Source of the DNA: Verrucomicrobiia bacterium
GTDB taxonomy: Bacteria; Verrucomicrobiota; Verrucomicrobiia; Palsa-1439
Assembly (NCBI GenBank): GCA_025056465.1
Contig: JANWVU010000003.1
Coordinates: 1 to 41,081, forward strand
DNA length: 41,081 nt
Direction of reading: 5' to 3'
This document shows, piece by piece, positions 16,984-29,806 of this stretch (its first letter is position 1; the number at the start of each line of letters is the position of its first letter). Under the pieces are notes generated by a model that was not told where the DNA came from, did no database searches, and saw nothing but the letters and a program-made list of their open reading frames with translations. Both the position numbers and the translations under genes were made by a program.

Positions 16984-19900
16984 ATGAGCAACCCCTTAGG
17001 TGCCACAACAGATCGTCCGACCGCAGCCAGCGCATCTGCGTCAGCAACGATTGCGGCACGGGTGGCGCTTGGCTTGGAGAAATCCGATCAGTTTGACTAT
17101 GTCAGCATTGGACTAGCGTCACCCGAAACGATTCGGTCTTGGTCGCATGGTGAAGTAAAAAATCCTGAGACCATTAACTACCGGACATTCAAGCCGGAGA
17201 AGGGCGGGCTTTTCTGCGAGCGGATTTTTGGGCCGACACGCGACTGGGAGTGCAATTGCGGCAAGTACAAACGCATCAAGCACAAGGGCGTCATTTGCGA
17301 TCGCTGCGGCGTGGAAGTGACCATGGCGCGCGTGCGCCGCGAACGGATGGGACACATCGAACTGGCGGTGCCGGTGAGCCACATCTGGTTTTTCAAATGC
17401 ATGCCGTCGCGGATGGGGTTGATGTTGGACATGACGGCGCGCGAGTTGGAGCGCGTGATTTATTACGAAGACTACATCGTGGTGGATCCCGGCAAAACGC
17501 CGCTGAAACCGAAACAACTGCTCAACGAAATGGAATATCGCGAGGCGCGGGAGCAATACGGTGATGGGTTTGTGGCGAAGATGGGCGCCGAAGCGGTGCG
17601 GGATTTGTTGCAGCGAATTGATCTGCGGAAAACGGTCAGCGACCTCGAGCAACAGTTGGAAGCGACCAAGAGCAAACAGACCCGCAAGAAAATCGCCAAA
17701 CGCCTGAAAATCATGAAGGCGTTTATTGCAGCCAAGATGCGACCCGAGTGGATGGTGTTGGAAGTGTTGCCGGTTATCCCGCCTGACTTGCGCCCGTTGG
17801 TGCCACTGGAGGGCGGACGGTTTGCAACGAGCGATTTGAATGATCTGTATCGGCGCGTGATCAACCGCAACAATCGACTGAAAAACCTGCTTCAACTCAA
17901 AACGCCCGACGTCATCATCCGCAACGAAAAACGCATGTTGCAGGAGGCGGTGGATGCGCTGCTGGACAACGGCCGGCATGGTCGGGCGGTGACCGGTGCG
18001 GGCGGGCGACCGCTGAAGTCATTGGCCGACATGCTAAAAGGCAAGAGCGGGCGGTTTCGTCAGAACCTGCTCGGCAAGCGCGTGGATTACTCCGGTCGCT
18101 CGGTGATTGTCATTGGGCCGGAGCTGAAACTGCATCAATGCGGTTTGCCGAAGAAAATGGCGTTGGTGTTGTTCGAGCCATTCATCATTCGGCGGTTGCG
18201 AGATATTGGTGTGGTGCACACGATCAAATCGGCGAAGCGCATGATCGAGCGACAATCGCCGGAAGTGTGGGATATCTTGGAGGAGGTCACGCGCGGTCAT
18301 CCGGTTTTGCTCAACCGGGCGCCGACGCTACACCGACTTTCGATTCAAGCGTTCGAACCTCAGCTCATCGAGGGCGATGCCATCCGAATTCACCCGTTGG
18401 TGTGCACGGCATACAACGCGGACTTTGACGGCGACCAGATGGCTGTGCATGTGCCGTTGTCCATTGAGGCCCAAATGGAGGCGCGTTTACTGTTGTTATC
18501 CACGAACAACATTTTCTCCCCGTCCAGTGGCAAGCCCATCACGACCCCTACGCAAGACATCGCCTTGGGAGTGTACTACCTGACTCACGAGGGCCGAGAA
18601 AAACGCAGCGGAGACGGCGAAAGACCGCGGCTCAAATTGTTCGGCAGCACGCAAGAAGTGTTCTTCGCTTATGACGAAGGGGCAGTGAAGTTGCATGAGT
18701 GGATTCGACTGCCGAACCCTGATTACGGTCGGGAGACAGCGTTTGGAAATCCAACGGCGAAAATCATCGAAACAACAGTGGGGCGAGTCATTTTCAACGA
18801 GATTTGGCCGCCTAAAGTTGGGTTCGTAAACAAGGTGGTCAACAAGAGCACGTTGGGGGACATCATTTGGCAGTGTTACCGCCGTGAAGGTCATGAGCGA
18901 ACGGTTGCCGTTTTGGATGATCTCAAGGCGCTCGGGTTCGAGTACGCGACGCGGGCCGGTGTCTCAATCGGCTTGGTTGACATGATCATTCCCAGCGAGA
19001 AGCAGAAGGTGATTGATGACGCGCAGAAGCAGGTGGCTGAGGTGGACCGCCAATATCGGCGCGGGATTATCACGGATGGCGAGCGCTACAATAAAATCAT
19101 CGATATTTGGACGCATGCCACGGAGCTGATTTCCAACCTGATGTACACGACGATGGAGCACAACGATGGCAAGCGGGAGCTCAACCCCGTGTACATCATG
19201 GTGGACTCGAAAGCGCGTGGCTCGAAGCAGCAGATCCGGCAGTTGGCCGGAATTCGGGGGTTGATGGCGAAGCCATCGGGCGAAATCATCGAGAGACCGA
19301 TTTTGTCGAACTTCCGCGAAGGGTTGAGCGTGTTGGAGTACTTCATCTCCACGCACGGCGCGCGCAAGGGATTGGCAGATACGGCGCTCAAGACGGCTGA
19401 TTCCGGCTATCTCACACGCAAGCTGGTGGACGTTGCGCAAGACGTGATCATCCGCGAGGAGGATTGCGGGACGGTCAACGGCATTTGGGTCAAACCCATC
19501 TACGAAGGGGAGGATGAAATCGTCAAACTCAGCGAGCGGATCATCGGGCGCATCGCAGCAGAGGATATTCTGGAGCCGGTCACGAAGAAAAAAATCGTGG
19601 CAGCCAACCAGGAAATTGACGAATCGGCAGCCGAAACGATCACGAAGCTGGGTATCGAACGGGTGAAGATTCGCTCGGTGCTGACTTGCGAATCGCGCCG
19701 CGGGGTGTGTGTCATGTGTTACGGGCGCAATCTGGCGACCGGTAAGCTGGCGTCGGTGGGTGAAGCGGTGGGCATCATCGCGGCGCAATCCATCGGTGAA
19801 CCCGGTACGCAATTGACGATGCGGACGTTCCACATCGGCGGCACGGCGTCGCAGGTGTTCAAGCAACCGCAAATCCGCGCGAAGAACGATGGCATTGTTC

Positions 19901-21171
19901 GCTATCAAGACGTGCGCGCTGTGCAACGATCGGAAGGCACCTATGTGGCGTTGAACAAGAACGGCCAAATCATCATCACCAATGAGGAAGGCCGGGAATT
20001 GGAGCGGTACAACATCGTCATCGGGGCCGAGCTTTCCGTGCCGGACGGCGGGCGGGTAAAGAAGGGCGATGTGTTTGTGCAATGGGACCCGCACAACGTG
20101 CCGGTGTTGACGGAGGTGGGCGGGCGCGTGAAGTTCCACGACATCATCGAGGGTGTCACGGTCAAGCGGGAGCAAGATGAAGCAACCGGCGTGATGGGCA
20201 CGGTCGTCATCGAGCACAAAGAGGATTTGCATCCGCAGGTCAACATTCTCAACGAGGCCGGTGAGACGTTGGCCGTGTATGCGATTCCGGCAGGGGCGCA
20301 CATTGTGGTGGAGGAAGGGCAGGTCATTCAGGCGGGTGCGTTGTTGGCGAAGACGCCCCGCAAGATGATCACGACGCGCGACATCACCGGCGGTTTGCCG
20401 CGTGTGGCCGAGTTGTTCGAGGCGCGTCGGCCCAAGGAAGCCGCGGAGATTGCACGAATCGATGGGGTGGTGGATTTTGCCGGCACCACGCGCGGCAAAC
20501 GGAAGATCATCGTCCGCGATCCGAAGACGGGTCAGGAGGAGGAACACCTAATTTCGCCGAACAAACACATCATTGTCTTTCGCGGTGATGTGGTAAAGAA
20601 GGGGCAGCAACTGACGGAGGGACCGGTGGTGCCGCAAGAGGTGTTGGAGGTGTGCGGCCCGCAAGAGTTGCAGGAGTACCTGGTCAACGAAGTGCAAGAG
20701 GTCTACCGGCTCCAAGGCGTGGAGATCAACGACAAGCATATTGAGATCATCGTGCGGCAAATGTTGCGCAAAGTGCGTATTACGGAGCCGGGCGACACGA
20801 GTTTCCTGTGGGGGGATCAGGTGGACAAAATCAAATTTGAGGAGGAAAACCGCCGCATACAGGAAGCGGGTGGGAAACCTGCCGAGGCGCAACCGGTGTT
20901 GCTGGGCATCACAAAGGCGTCGCTTGAAACGGAGTCGTTCATCAGCGCGGCGTCATTCCAAGACACGACGCGAGTGTTGACGGAGGCGGCGACACTGGGG
21001 CGGGTGGACTATTTGACCGGGTTCAAGGAGAACGTCATCATGGGGCACTTGATACCGGCGGGGACCGGTTTTAGCAAAGTTCGCAACATTCGGCTGGTCC
21101 CGCTGGCCGAGCCGGTGGAACCGCCGCCGGTCACTGAATCCGGTACAGAGGTGCTGCAGTCGGCTTCCTGA
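16984..21171 (+). CDS. rpoC: RNA polymerase beta' subunit
   Basis: [12 protein letters not shown] active site; Zn-finger CNCGKYK; start could be slightly downstream. Confidence 0.99.
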   Translation: MSNPLGATTDRPTAASASASATIAARVALGLEKSDQFDYVSIGLASPETIRSWSHGEVKNPETINYRTFKPEKGGLFCERIFGPTRDWECNCGKYKRIKHKGVICDRCGVEVTMARVRRERMGHIELAVPVSHIWFFKCMPSRMGLMLDMTARELERVIYYEDYIVVDPGKTPLKPKQLLNEMEYREAREQYGDGFVAKMGAEAVRDLLQRIDLRKTVSDLEQQLEATKSKQTRKKIAKRLKIMKAFIAAKMRPEWMVLEVLPVIPPDLRPLVPLEGGRFATSDLNDLYRRVINRNNRLKNLLQLKTPDVIIRNEKRMLQEAVDALLDNGRHGRAVTGAGGRPLKSLADMLKGKSGRFRQNLLGKRVDYSGRSVIVIGPELKLHQCGLPKKMALVLFEPFIIRRLRDIGVVHTIKSAKRMIERQSPEVWDILEEVTRGHPVLLNRAPTLHRLSIQAFEPQLIEGDAIRIHPLVCTAYNADFDGDQMAVHVPLSIEAQMEARLLLLSTNNIFSPSSGKPITTPTQDIALGVYYLTHEGREKRSGDGERPRLKLFGSTQEVFFAYDEGAVKLHEWIRLPNPDYGRETAFGNPTAKIIETTVGRVIFNEIWPPKVGFVNKVVNKSTLGDIIWQCYRREGHERTVAVLDDLKALGFEYATRAGVSIGLVDMIIPSEKQKVIDDAQKQVAEVDRQYRRGIITDGERYNKIIDIWTHATELISNLMYTTMEHNDGKRELNPVYIMVDSKARGSKQQIRQLAGIRGLMAKPSGEIIERPILSNFREGLSVLEYFISTHGARKGLADTALKTADSGYLTRKLVDVAQDVIIREEDCGTVNGIWVKPIYEGEDEIVKLSERIIGRIAAEDILEPVTKKKIVAANQEIDESAAETITKLGIERVKIRSVLTCESRRGVCVMCYGRNLATGKLASVGEAVGIIAAQSIGEPGTQLTMRTFHIGGTASQVFKQPQIRAKNDGIVRYQDVRAVQRSEGTYVALNKNGQIIITNEEGRELERYNIVIGAELSVPDGGRVKKGDVFVQWDPHNVPVLTEVGGRVKFHDIIEGVTVKREQDEATGVMGTVVIEHKEDLHPQVNILNEAGETLAVYAIPAGAHIVVEEGQVIQAGALLAKTPRKMITTRDITGGLPRVAELFEARRPKEAAEIARIDGVVDFAGTTRGKRKIIVRDPKTGQEEEHLISPNKHIIVFRGDVVKKGQQLTEGPVVPQEVLEVCGPQELQEYLVNEVQEVYRLQGVEINDKHIEIIVRQMLRKVRITEPGDTSFLWGDQVDKIKFEEENRRIQEAGGKPAEAQPVLLGITKASLETESFISAASFQDTTRVLTEAATLGRVDYLTGFKENVIMGHLIPAGTGFSKVRNIRLVPLAEPVEPPPVTESGTEVLQSAS

Positions 21172-21189
21172 ACGGTTGCGACATTGGGC

Positions 21190-21218
21190 TTGCGCGACCG
21201 GAGGGTGTCTGCTAGTTT
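21190..21218 (+). promoter_or_regulatory. Putative str-operon promoter
   Basis: TTGCGC, 17 bp spacer, TGcTAGTTT extended -10. Confidence 0.45.
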
Positions 21219-21260
21219 TCGCGCCCCTCGGGCCGGTGCCCGAAACGCACGATTCACAAC

Positions 21261-21656
21261 ATGCCAACAATCAATCAATTGGTACGCAAAGGTCGTCGGG
21301 CGGCGCGGGCGAAATCGAAATCGCCGGCGCTGGCTGGGTGCCCGCAACGGCGCGGTGTGTGTTTGCAGGTCATGACGCGGACGCCGAAGAAACCCAACTC
21401 GGCATTGCGGAAGGTTGCCAAGGTGCGTTTGACGAACGGAACGGAGGTCATCGCATACATACCGGATGAGGGCCACAATTTGCAGGAGCACTCGATCGTA
21501 CTGGTGCGCGGTGGCCGCGTCAAAGACCTACCGGGTGTGCGTTATCATATCGTGCGCGGCACGCTGGACGCACAGGGTGTGGAGAAGCGTCGGCGGAGCC
21601 GGTCGAAGTATGGAGTGAAGCGCCCGAAAGGTGGGGCGCCGAAGAGCGGTTCCTGA
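21261..21656 (+). CDS. rpsL: 30S ribosomal protein S12
   Basis: [33 protein letters not shown]. Confidence 0.99.
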   Translation: MPTINQLVRKGRRAARAKSKSPALAGCPQRRGVCLQVMTRTPKKPNSALRKVAKVRLTNGTEVIAYIPDEGHNLQEHSIVLVRGGRVKDLPGVRYHIVRGTLDAQGVEKRRRSRSKYGVKRPKGGAPKSGS

Positions 21657-21674
21657 GCGTGATGTGAGGGCACG

Positions 21675-22145
21675 ATGCGAAGACGACGCGCAGAGAAGCG
21701 ACAACGTCCACCGGATTACCAGTACGGCAGTCCGTTGGTGACCCGATTGATTAATTGTGTAATGCGGCGGGGGAAGAAATCCGTTGCAGAGCGGATCGTG
21801 TATGGTGCGTTTGAACGCATCCAGCAAAAGGTGACGGATCGGTCGCCGCTGGATGTGTTGGGGACGGCGTTGGAGAACGTGAAGCCGCGTCTGGAGGTGA
21901 AATCGCGTCGGGTGGGTGGTGCCAATTATCAGGTGCCGGTCGAGGTGGCACCTGACCGGCAGGAGGCGTTGGCGTTGCGATGGATCATTGAATTTGCGCG
22001 CAACCGCAAGGGCGTGGCGATGGCCGATGCATTGGCGGCAGAAATTTTGGATGCGTCGAACAATACCGGTGCGGCGGTGAAGAAACGCGAGGACACGCAC
22101 AAGATGGCGCAAGCCAACCGGGCATTCGCGCATTATCGGTGGTAG
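21675..22145 (+). CDS. rpsG: 30S ribosomal protein S7
   Basis: [25 protein letters not shown]. Confidence 0.99.
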   Translation: MRRRRAEKRQRPPDYQYGSPLVTRLINCVMRRGKKSVAERIVYGAFERIQQKVTDRSPLDVLGTALENVKPRLEVKSRRVGGANYQVPVEVAPDRQEALALRWIIEFARNRKGVAMADALAAEILDASNNTGAAVKKREDTHKMAQANRAFAHYRW

Positions 22146-22209
22146 GCGAGGCAAAACGGCGAGGCGACGAAGACGAAACGACGGGAATCAGTAACCAGTG
22201 GGAATAAAC

Positions 22210-24366
22210 ATGGAAGCAGTATTAGACAAACCGAAACCGAGCGGTGCGAAGGGCGCTGCCGCTCCCGGTCGGCTCGTGCCGTTGGATCGCACACGCAACA
22301 TCGGCATCTGTGCCCACATTGATGCCGGTAAGACGACGACCACCGAGCGTATCCTGTTCTACACCGGCAAGGTGTACAAAGTGGGCGAGGTCCATGAGGG
22401 AACCGCGACAATGGACTGGATGGAACAGGAACGGGAGCGCGGGATTACGATCACGAGCGCGGCGACGACTTGTTTCTGGCGGGAACATCGGATCAACATC
22501 ATTGATACGCCCGGCCACGTGGATTTCACGGTGGAGGTGGAGCGAAGCTTGCGGGTGTTGGATGGTGCCTGCGCGGTGTTCTGCGCGGTGGGGGGAGTGG
22601 AACCGCAATCGGAGACGGTATGGCGCCAGGCAAACAAGTACCGGGTGCCCCGAGTGGCGTTCGTCAACAAGATGGATCGTACCGGGGCGGATTTTGAGGG
22701 TGCGATTCAACAGATGCGGGAGCGGCTGGCAGCCAACGCGGTGGCCATACAAATTCCCATCGGACGAGAGGCGGAATTTCGTGGTGTCGTCAACCTGGTG
22801 ACGATGAAGGCGCACATTTGGGGTGGGGATGAGCTCGGCGCCAAATTTGATGTGGTGGATATTCCAGGGGAATTACGCGAGGCCGCAAACGCCGCGCACA
22901 ATCGGCTCGTGGAGGCCGTGGCGGAAAAAGACGAGACGATCATGGAGTTGTATTTGGACGGGCGGGAGATTACGCCCGAGCAGTTGCGCGCGGCGATTCG
23001 TCGGCTGACAATTAAGAATGAACTGGTGCCGGTCCTGTGCGGGTCGGCATTCAAGAATAAGGGCGTGCAACCGCTGCTGGATGCGGTCGTGGACTATCTA
23101 CCTTCGCCGGTGGACATCGCCGCCGTGAGCGGGATCAACCCGAATACGAAACAGCCCGAGACGCGCCCGTGCGATGATTCCGCGCCGTTTTGCGCGTTGG
23201 CATTCAAAATATGGTCGGATCCATATGCCGGTAAGCTGATTTTCTTCCGCGTGTACTCGGGACAGCTAGAGAAAGGCATGACGGTTTACAATCCGCGCAA
23301 CAATAAGCGGGAGCGTGTGGGACGGTTGTTGGAGATGCACGCAAACACGCGCGAAGAGATTGATCGCTGTTGCGCGGGGGATATTGGTGCGCTGGTCGGA
23401 TTGAAGAACATCACAACGGGTGACACGATTTGCGATGAGAACCACCCGATTCTCTTGGAGTCCATCACATTCCCCGAGCCGGTGATTTCGATGGCGATTG
23501 AGCCGAACACGAAGGCGGATCGCGATAAGATGTCCACGGCGTTGCAACGGTTGGCGGAGGAAGACCCGACATTCCGGGTGAAGACGGACGAAGAGACCGG
23601 CCAAACGATCATCAGCGGGATGGGTGAGTTGCATCTGGACATTATCAAGGACCGCATGTTCCGTGAGTTCAATGTGCAGGCCAACGCCGGTAAACCTCAG
23701 GTTGCTTACCGGGAGACGGTCACGCGAACGGCCCAGGCGGAGGGCAAGTTTATCCGCCAATCCGGTGGTCGTGGTCAGTATGGTCATGCAATTATCACTT
23801 TGGCGCCGGGTGAGAAAGGTAGCGGCATTGTGATCGAGAACAAAATCGTGGGCGGCGCAATTCCGAAAGAGTACATCCCGGCAGTCGAGGATGGAATCAT
23901 GGAAGCCGCACAGACCGGGGTGTTGGCCGGCTATCCGTTGGTGGACATTAAGGTGGAGATTATTGATGGGACGTACCACGAAGTGGACTCCTCGGAGATT
24001 GCGTTCAAGATGGCCGGTAGTTTCGCGCTCAAGGAGGCCGCGCGCAAAGCGGACCCGATTTTGTTGGAACCAATCATGGACGTGGAGGTCATCACGCCCG
24101 AGGAACACATGGGAGACGTGATCGGGGATTTGAGCAGCCGCCGGGGCCGGGTACACCAGATTGAGAATCGCGCGACGTCCGTGGTGATTCATGCGTCGGT
24201 GCCTTTGGCAGAGATGTTCGGCTATGCGACGGCGTTACGGTCGTTGACCAAAGGTCGGGCGAGTTACTCGATGGAGCCGCAGACATTTGAGCGGGTGCCG
24301 GACAACATTCTGGCGACGATTCTGGATCGGGATACACCGAAAGGCAGTGCGGGAACGAAGAAATGA
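22210..24366 (+). CDS. fusA: Elongation factor G
   Basis: [30 protein letters not shown]; ATG at 22210. Confidence 0.99.
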   Translation: MEAVLDKPKPSGAKGAAAPGRLVPLDRTRNIGICAHIDAGKTTTTERILFYTGKVYKVGEVHEGTATMDWMEQERERGITITSAATTCFWREHRINIIDTPGHVDFTVEVERSLRVLDGACAVFCAVGGVEPQSETVWRQANKYRVPRVAFVNKMDRTGADFEGAIQQMRERLAANAVAIQIPIGREAEFRGVVNLVTMKAHIWGGDELGAKFDVVDIPGELREAANAAHNRLVEAVAEKDETIMELYLDGREITPEQLRAAIRRLTIKNELVPVLCGSAFKNKGVQPLLDAVVDYLPSPVDIAAVSGINPNTKQPETRPCDDSAPFCALAFKIWSDPYAGKLIFFRVYSGQLEKGMTVYNPRNNKRERVGRLLEMHANTREEIDRCCAGDIGALVGLKNITTGDTICDENHPILLESITFPEPVISMAIEPNTKADRDKMSTALQRLAEEDPTFRVKTDEETGQTIISGMGELHLDIIKDRMFREFNVQANAGKPQVAYRETVTRTAQAEGKFIRQSGGRGQYGHAIITLAPGEKGSGIVIENKIVGGAIPKEYIPAVEDGIMEAAQTGVLAGYPLVDIKVEIIDGTYHEVDSSEIAFKMAGSFALKEAARKADPILLEPIMDVEVITPEEHMGDVIGDLSSRRGRVHQIENRATSVVIHASVPLAEMFGYATALRSLTKGRASYSMEPQTFERVPDNILATILDRDTPKGSAGTKK

Positions 24367-24671
24367 ACCATCAACGCATCCGAATCCGGTTGAAGGGTTA
24401 CGACTACCGGTTGCTGGATCAATCGGCGCGGGAGATTGTCGAGACGGCCAAACGCACCGGCGCGAAGGTGGCCGGTCCGATTCCGTTGCCGACGGAGATT
24501 TGGCGACATTCGGTAAACCGATCGCCGCACGTGGACAAGAAGAGCATGGAGCAATTTGAAATGCGCACGCACAAGCGGCTGTTGGACATTGTCGATCCGA
24601 CGGCGCGCACGGTGGACGAGCTGAAAAAGCTCAACTTGCCGGCGGGCGTAGATATCAAAATCAAGATTTAG
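24363..24671 (+). CDS. rpsJ: 30S ribosomal protein S10
   Basis: [28 protein letters not shown]. Confidence 0.99.
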   Translation: MNHQRIRIRLKGYDYRLLDQSAREIVETAKRTGAKVAGPIPLPTEIWRHSVNRSPHVDKKSMEQFEMRTHKRLLDIVDPTARTVDELKKLNLPAGVDIKIKI

Positions 24672-24673
24672 CT

Positions 24674-25321
24674 ATGGAACTGCTCGGACGAAAATTGGGG
24701 ATGACACAGGTCTTCGATGAGCGCGGCAACCTGTGCGGGGTCACGGTCTTGGAGGTGGGGCCGTGCACGGTCTTGCAAAAGAAGACGCGTGAGACGGATG
24801 GGTACCGGGCGTTTCAGTTAGGTTTTGGCGAGCGCAAAACCAAGCATGTGACCAAACCCATGTTGGGGCATTTCAAAAAAGCCGGCGTTTCGCCCATGAT
24901 GTGGGTGAGAGAGTATCGGACGGATGACGAGCAAGTCTCCTTGAATGTGGGCGATCGGCTCACGGTGAAGGCCTTTCAGGTTGGGCAATACGTGGATGTC
25001 ATCGGCGTGAGCAAGGGGAGAGGGTTCCAAGGTGTGGTCAAGCGTCATCATTTTCGTGGCGGTGACGCCGCACACGGATGCAAAGGCTGGCATCGGCGAC
25101 CCGGTGCGATCTCCACTCGCATGACGCCGGGGTGGGTGAAGAAAAATCAGCGTATGCCGGGACACATGGGGCATACGCGGGTGACCGTGCAAAACTTGCG
25201 GGTTTTGGGCGTGCGCGAGGCGGACAATGTGTTGCTGATTGAGGGAGCGGTACCGGGGCCTCGGGGTGGTTTGGTGGTGGTGCGGCACGCAAAGAAGCGT
25301 CCGCCGGCAGGCGGCAAGTGA
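24674..25321 (+). CDS. rplC: 50S ribosomal protein L3
   Basis: LGRKLGMTQVF, SKGRGFQGVVKRH, RMPGHMG. Confidence 0.99.
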   Translation: MELLGRKLGMTQVFDERGNLCGVTVLEVGPCTVLQKKTRETDGYRAFQLGFGERKTKHVTKPMLGHFKKAGVSPMMWVREYRTDDEQVSLNVGDRLTVKAFQVGQYVDVIGVSKGRGFQGVVKRHHFRGGDAAHGCKGWHRRPGAISTRMTPGWVKKNQRMPGHMGHTRVTVQNLRVLGVREADNVLLIEGAVPGPRGGLVVVRHAKKRPPAGGK

Positions 25322-25328
25322 GGCGCGC

Positions 25329-25961
25329 ATGAAGCTACCGGTAATGAGTTGGGACGGGACGCCGCGCGGCGAGGCGGAGATTGGGGAGGAGTGGATCATC
25401 CGCAATCACAAAGGCACGCAGGCGGTGCATGATGTGGTGGTGGGATTGCAGGCCAATGCGCGTTTGGGAACGGTCAAAACGAAGCAAATGGGTGAGGTGG
25501 CCGGTAGTGGGAAAAAACCGTGGCGACAGAAACACACCGGTCGCGCCCGTGCGGGTTCCTTCCAATCGCCGTTATGGCGTGGTGGCGCGGTGGTGTTTGG
25601 GCCGCGCCCGCGGGATTACTCTCACAAATTGCCGCGCAAAGTTCGGATGCTGGCGTTTCGCAAAGCCTTGAGCGACCGGCTAACGGCGGGCGACGTGATT
25701 GTTGTGGACGGGTTGAAACTGGCGAGCCACAAAACACGGGAATTTGTGAGCGGGTTGGCGAAGTTGGGACTTCAGGACCAACGCACGTTGGTCGTGACGG
25801 AGGCCATGGACAAGAATTTGAAATTGGCGACGCGAAATGTGCCGGGCGTGCGGGTGGAGTTGGCATCGGCGGTCAATGTGCTGGAGGTGTTGGCGGCCGA
25901 TAAGATTGTGGCGACGACCGGCGCATTGGAGCAAATGATCGCGAGGGTCAGTCGGTCATGA
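25329..25961 (+). CDS. rplD: 50S ribosomal protein L4
   Basis: GSGKKPWRQKHTGRARAGS, GGAVVFGPRPRDY; ATG at 25329. Confidence 0.98.
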   Translation: MKLPVMSWDGTPRGEAEIGEEWIIRNHKGTQAVHDVVVGLQANARLGTVKTKQMGEVAGSGKKPWRQKHTGRARAGSFQSPLWRGGAVVFGPRPRDYSHKLPRKVRMLAFRKALSDRLTAGDVIVVDGLKLASHKTREFVSGLAKLGLQDQRTLVVTEAMDKNLKLATRNVPGVRVELASAVNVLEVLAADKIVATTGALEQMIARVSRS

Positions 25962-26242
25962 GAGATCCGTATGAAGTGGTGCGGCGCGTGCGCGTGACGG
26001 AGAAGGGGACGATGTTGAGCGAGAAGTTCAACCAGTACCAACTCGAAGTGGCGCGAGACGCCAACAAGATCGAGATTCGGCACGCGGTCGAGAAGCTGTT
26101 CAAGGTGCGCGTGCTCGCGGTCAATACGCGCCATGTGCGCGGGAAGGCGCGACGGGAACGGACGCTGGCGTTTGGTCGGACGCCGAGCTGGAAAAAGGCC
26201 ATCGTGACGTTGCGCGAGGGCGACAAGATCAATCTGGAGTGA
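25958..26242 (+). CDS. rplW: 50S ribosomal protein L23
   Basis: [26 protein letters not shown]. Confidence 0.98.
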   Translation: MRDPYEVVRRVRVTEKGTMLSEKFNQYQLEVARDANKIEIRHAVEKLFKVRVLAVNTRHVRGKARRERTLAFGRTPSWKKAIVTLREGDKINLE

Positions 26243-26249
26243 GGCACCG

Positions 26250-27086
26250 ATGGGGATTCGTAGCTTTCGACCACTGACACCGTCGCTGCGCTGGACGAAG
26301 CTCTCGGATTTTACCGAGATCACCAAGTCGCGCCCCGAGCGGAAGCTGACTGAACCAAAGAAAAAAACCGGTGGCCGCAACTGTTATGGTCGCATCACCA
26401 GCCGCGGCCGTGGGGGCGGTCACAAGCAGCGTTACCGGCTGATTGACTTCAAACGGGACAAGGTTGGGGTGCCGGCAAAAGTGGAGGCGATCGAGTACGA
26501 TCCAAACCGGTCAGCGCGCATCGCTTTGTTGCGGTATGAGGACGGCGAAAAGCGGTACATTCTGGCGCCGATTGGCCTGGAAGTCGGTGCGACGGTGCGG
26601 AGCGGGCCGGATGCGGAGTTAACGGTCGGCAACGCGCTGCCGTTGAAAAAGATTTTGCCGGGTTTGCCGATTCACAACATCGAGTTGCATCGGGGGAAGG
26701 GCGGGCAGTTGGTGCGTAGCGCGGGGTTGGCCGCGACCGTGACGGCAGCGGAGGGCGATTACGTAACCGTGCGGTTGCCATCGGGTGAAGTGCGGAAAAT
26801 TCACGGAGAGTGCTATGCCACGATTGGACAGGTGGGCAACCCAGATCATTTGAATGAATCGTTGGGCAAAGCCGGTCGGTCGCGGTGGTTGGGGATTCGC
26901 CCGATAACGCGTGGGATGGCACGCAACCCGGTAGATCATCCGATGGGCGGTGGTCAGGGTAAAAGCAAGGGCGGTGGTGGCTGGCACCACCCGGTGTCGC
27001 CGTGGGGGAAACTGGCCAAAGGGGGCAAGACACGGCGTCGGAAGAAGTACTCGAACGCAATGATTTTGGAGCGTAGGAAGAAATAA
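26250..27086 (+). CDS. rplB: 50S ribosomal protein L2
   Basis: [22 protein letters not shown]. Confidence 0.99.
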   Translation: MGIRSFRPLTPSLRWTKLSDFTEITKSRPERKLTEPKKKTGGRNCYGRITSRGRGGGHKQRYRLIDFKRDKVGVPAKVEAIEYDPNRSARIALLRYEDGEKRYILAPIGLEVGATVRSGPDAELTVGNALPLKKILPGLPIHNIELHRGKGGQLVRSAGLAATVTAAEGDYVTVRLPSGEVRKIHGECYATIGQVGNPDHLNESLGKAGRSRWLGIRPITRGMARNPVDHPMGGGQGKSKGGGGWHHPVSPWGKLAKGGKTRRRKKYSNAMILERRKK

Positions 27087-27364
27087 TGGGACGGTCACTC
27101 AAAAAAGGTCCGTTTGTGGACGCGCATTTGCTGGAGAAGGTGCAGCGGATGTCGTTGCAGGATAAGAAACCGATCAAGACGTGGTCGCGTCGTTCGATGA
27201 TCATCCCGGAGTTTGTTGGGTTTACGTTTTTGGTTCACAATGGTCGGCAACACGTGCCGGTGTTTGTGACGGAGAACATGGTGGGGCATCGGTTGGGTGA
27301 GTTTGCGCCCACACGCACGTTTAAGGCGCACGGTGCGCATACGGAAAAAGCCGTGGCGAAATAG
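27086..27364 (+). CDS. rpsS: 30S ribosomal protein S19
   Basis: [28 protein letters not shown]. Confidence 0.99.
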   Translation: MGRSLKKGPFVDAHLLEKVQRMSLQDKKPIKTWSRRSMIIPEFVGFTFLVHNGRQHVPVFVTENMVGHRLGEFAPTRTFKAHGAHTEKAVAK

Positions 27365-28116
27365 TGACGGGCGTACGCAGGATTTGTTGGATTGGTTGGT
27401 TCTTTGGATGGGTAGTGATGTATCGGGCGGCGTCGGCGAGCGAGCCGGTAGCCGTCGAAGAACTGCAGTTGGCGCTTGAGACGTTGCGCCGGCAATACCA
27501 GGCATTGCAGCAGGAGTTTCAACAGCGGGAAGCGCAGGTACGGGTGTTGACGGAAGGCCTCGCGATTGCACGGACCGAGAGCGAGCTGTTTCAGCGTCGC
27601 TGGATGGAGATGCAGATGCGACTGCAGGCGCTCGGCGTTGCGGCGGGCGGCACCGAAGGATCCTCGCAATGGCAGCGTCAAGTGGTGGAAACCCTGCGGT
27701 TGCTCTATATCGCCGAGGCGGAGAAGGAGCGCTACCGGGAGCAGTTGCAAGCGTTGGTGGCCGCGGCCGAGGGCGGTGATTTGAGCAGCGAGGTGGCGCG
27801 CGCGCGCAGTTTGTTGGAGGCAGCCGAGCGACCGGTCCGGGATGAGGAGCCGAGCGAGGCCGCAACGCAGGGGACGCTGGAGGCCGCGCGCGTGCTGGAC
27901 GTCAACGCGCAACTGCGCGTTGTGGTGTTGAATGTCGGAGAGGAACAGGGGGCGCGAGTGGGGATGCCGTTTGTTGTGGAGCGCGGGAATGAGGTGGTTG
28001 CAGAGTTGCGGGTAGTGGAAGTGAGGCGACGGGTCAGCGGGGCGGTGATTGAGACCATTCCGCGAACGGGGCTGATAAAGCCGGGAGACACTGCCCGAGT
28101 GATTCCGAAGAGTTGA
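27364..28116 (+). CDS. Hypothetical exported protein (signal peptide, coiled coil, C-terminal beta domain)
   Basis: 250 aa filling the rpsS-rplV gap; GTG overlaps the rpsS stop; host-like G-rich codons; AASA|SE cleavage-like site. Confidence 0.8.
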   Translation: MTGVRRICWIGWFFGWVVMYRAASASEPVAVEELQLALETLRRQYQALQQEFQQREAQVRVLTEGLAIARTESELFQRRWMEMQMRLQALGVAAGGTEGSSQWQRQVVETLRLLYIAEAEKERYREQLQALVAAAEGGDLSSEVARARSLLEAAERPVRDEEPSEAATQGTLEAARVLDVNAQLRVVVLNVGEEQGARVGMPFVVERGNEVVAELRVVEVRRRVSGAVIETIPRTGLIKPGDTARVIPKS

Positions 28117-28137
28117 TGATTGGGAACGAGGATTTGT

Positions 28138-28470
28138 ATGGAAGTGCAGGCGATCTATAAACACGCGCGAATGAGCCCGCGCAAAGTGGGCGAGGTCACG
28201 CGTCAGATTCAGGGCAAGAGTGCGACGGAGGCGTTGGAGTTGTTGCGGGCGATCCCGCGCAAGTCGGCACGGTTGGTGGAGAAAACGTTGAAGTCGGCCA
28301 TCGCAAACGCGACGAACAATGCGAAGCTGAACGCGAGCGTGTTGCGGGTGCGGTTGGCGGTGGCGAATGAGGGGGCGCGAATGAAGCGTTGGCAGCCGAA
28401 AGCGCGGGGCAGCGCCGGGCCGATTTTGAAACGGATGAGTCACATTCGGATTGTATTAACCGACGAGTAA
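28138..28470 (+). CDS. rplV: 50S ribosomal protein L22
   Basis: ARMSPRK, KSAIANA, PKARGSA; ATG at 28138. Confidence 0.98.
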   Translation: MEVQAIYKHARMSPRKVGEVTRQIQGKSATEALELLRAIPRKSARLVEKTLKSAIANATNNAKLNASVLRVRLAVANEGARMKRWQPKARGSAGPILKRMSHIRIVLTDE

Positions 28471-28475
28471 GGAGC

Positions 28476-29168
28476 ATGGGACAGAAAGTAAATCCGGTAG
28501 GGTTTCGCGTCTCGGTGACCAAGGATTGGTTGTCGAAGTGGTATGCCGAGAAACGGGAGTATGCGCCGTATTTGTTGCAGGATTTGCAGATCCGCGATTA
28601 TGTGAAAAACAAACTGGCATCGGCGGCCGTGCCAAAGGTGCTGATTGAGCGGTTCGCAAATCGCGTGCGAGTGATTGTATACACAGCGCGACCGGGCGTG
28701 GTGATCGGGCGAAAAGGGGCGGAGTTGGAGAAGTTGAAGAGCGACCTGGCAGAGATGACGGGCAAGGAGATTTATCTGGAAATTCGTGAGGTCAAGGATC
28801 CCGAGGTGGATGCTCAGTTGGTCGCGGAGAACGTGGCATTGCAATTGGAGCGACGAATCAGCTTTCGGCGGGCGATGAAAAAGGCGGTGCAGACGGCGAT
28901 GGAAAAAGGTGCGATGGGGGTCAAGATCCAATGCGGGGGTCGGTTGGGAGGAGCGGAGTTGGCTCGTAGGGAGAAATACCGGGTGGGGAAAATTCCCCTG
29001 CACACGTTGCGCGCGGATATTGATTATGGTTTTGCGGAAGCGAACACGGTGTACGGAAAGATTGGCGTGAAGGTTTGGATTTGCAAAGGGGAGCGACCGG
29101 GCCCTGAGACGCGACCGGCAGCGGAGAAAACACCGTCGGCGGCAACTGCGGCGGGGACACCTGCGTGA
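28476..29168 (+). CDS. rpsC: 30S ribosomal protein S3
   Basis: [33 protein letters not shown]. Confidence 0.99.
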   Translation: MGQKVNPVGFRVSVTKDWLSKWYAEKREYAPYLLQDLQIRDYVKNKLASAAVPKVLIERFANRVRVIVYTARPGVVIGRKGAELEKLKSDLAEMTGKEIYLEIREVKDPEVDAQLVAENVALQLERRISFRRAMKKAVQTAMEKGAMGVKIQCGGRLGGAELARREKYRVGKIPLHTLRADIDYGFAEANTVYGKIGVKVWICKGERPGPETRPAAEKTPSAATAAGTPA

Positions 29169-29185
29169 TGTAGGAGGGGTGAGTC

Positions 29186-29596
29186 ATGCCATTGATGCCG
29201 AAACGAGTGAAGCACCGGAAAGCCCAACGAGGCAGTCGGGCCGGTACCGCGTGGCGGGGGACGACGGTGGCGTTTGGGGAGTATGGTTTGCAGGCGTTGG
29301 AGCGGGCGTGGATCACGACGACTCAGATTGAGGCGTGTCGGGTGGCGTTATCGCGAAGCATGAAACGACGAGGAAAATTGTGGATCCGGATCTTTCCCGA
29401 CTTGCCGGTTACCGCGCGGCCGCCTGAGACACGCATGGGGCACGGAAAAGGTGCCCCGGTAACGTGGGTGGCGGTGGTCAAGCCGGGTCGGATGTTGTTT
29501 GAGTTGGGTGGGGTCAGCGAAGCGTTGGCACGAGAGTCGTTTCGGCTCGCGGCGGCGAAGTTGCCGATTCGCACGCGATTTGTGGAGCGGCGGTGA
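29186..29596 (+). CDS. rplP: 50S ribosomal protein L16
   Basis: [26 protein letters not shown]. Confidence 0.99.
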   Translation: MPLMPKRVKHRKAQRGSRAGTAWRGTTVAFGEYGLQALERAWITTTQIEACRVALSRSMKRRGKLWIRIFPDLPVTARPPETRMGHGKGAPVTWVAVVKPGRMLFELGGVSEALARESFRLAAAKLPIRTRFVERR

Positions 29597-29799
29597 TGAA
29601 GGCGAAGGAAATCCGGGAATTGACAGATGCCGAGGCGCAAGCCAAACTGCGTGACCTTCGGCAGGAGTTGTTCCACCTGCGGTTGCAGCAGGAGACGGCA
29701 CGGCTGGAACGGTCGAGCCGAATTCGCGAAGTGCGGCGCGATATCGCGCGGATTGAAACCATTTTGAATGAACGGCGGCGTATTGCCGCTAGCCGGTGA
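29596..29799 (+). CDS. rpmC: 50S ribosomal protein L29
   Basis: ELFHLRLQ, IREVRRDIARIETIL. Confidence 0.97.
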   Translation: MKAKEIRELTDAEAQAKLRDLRQELFHLRLQQETARLERSSRIREVRRDIARIETILNERRRIAASR

Positions 29800-29806
29800 T
29801 GAGGCA

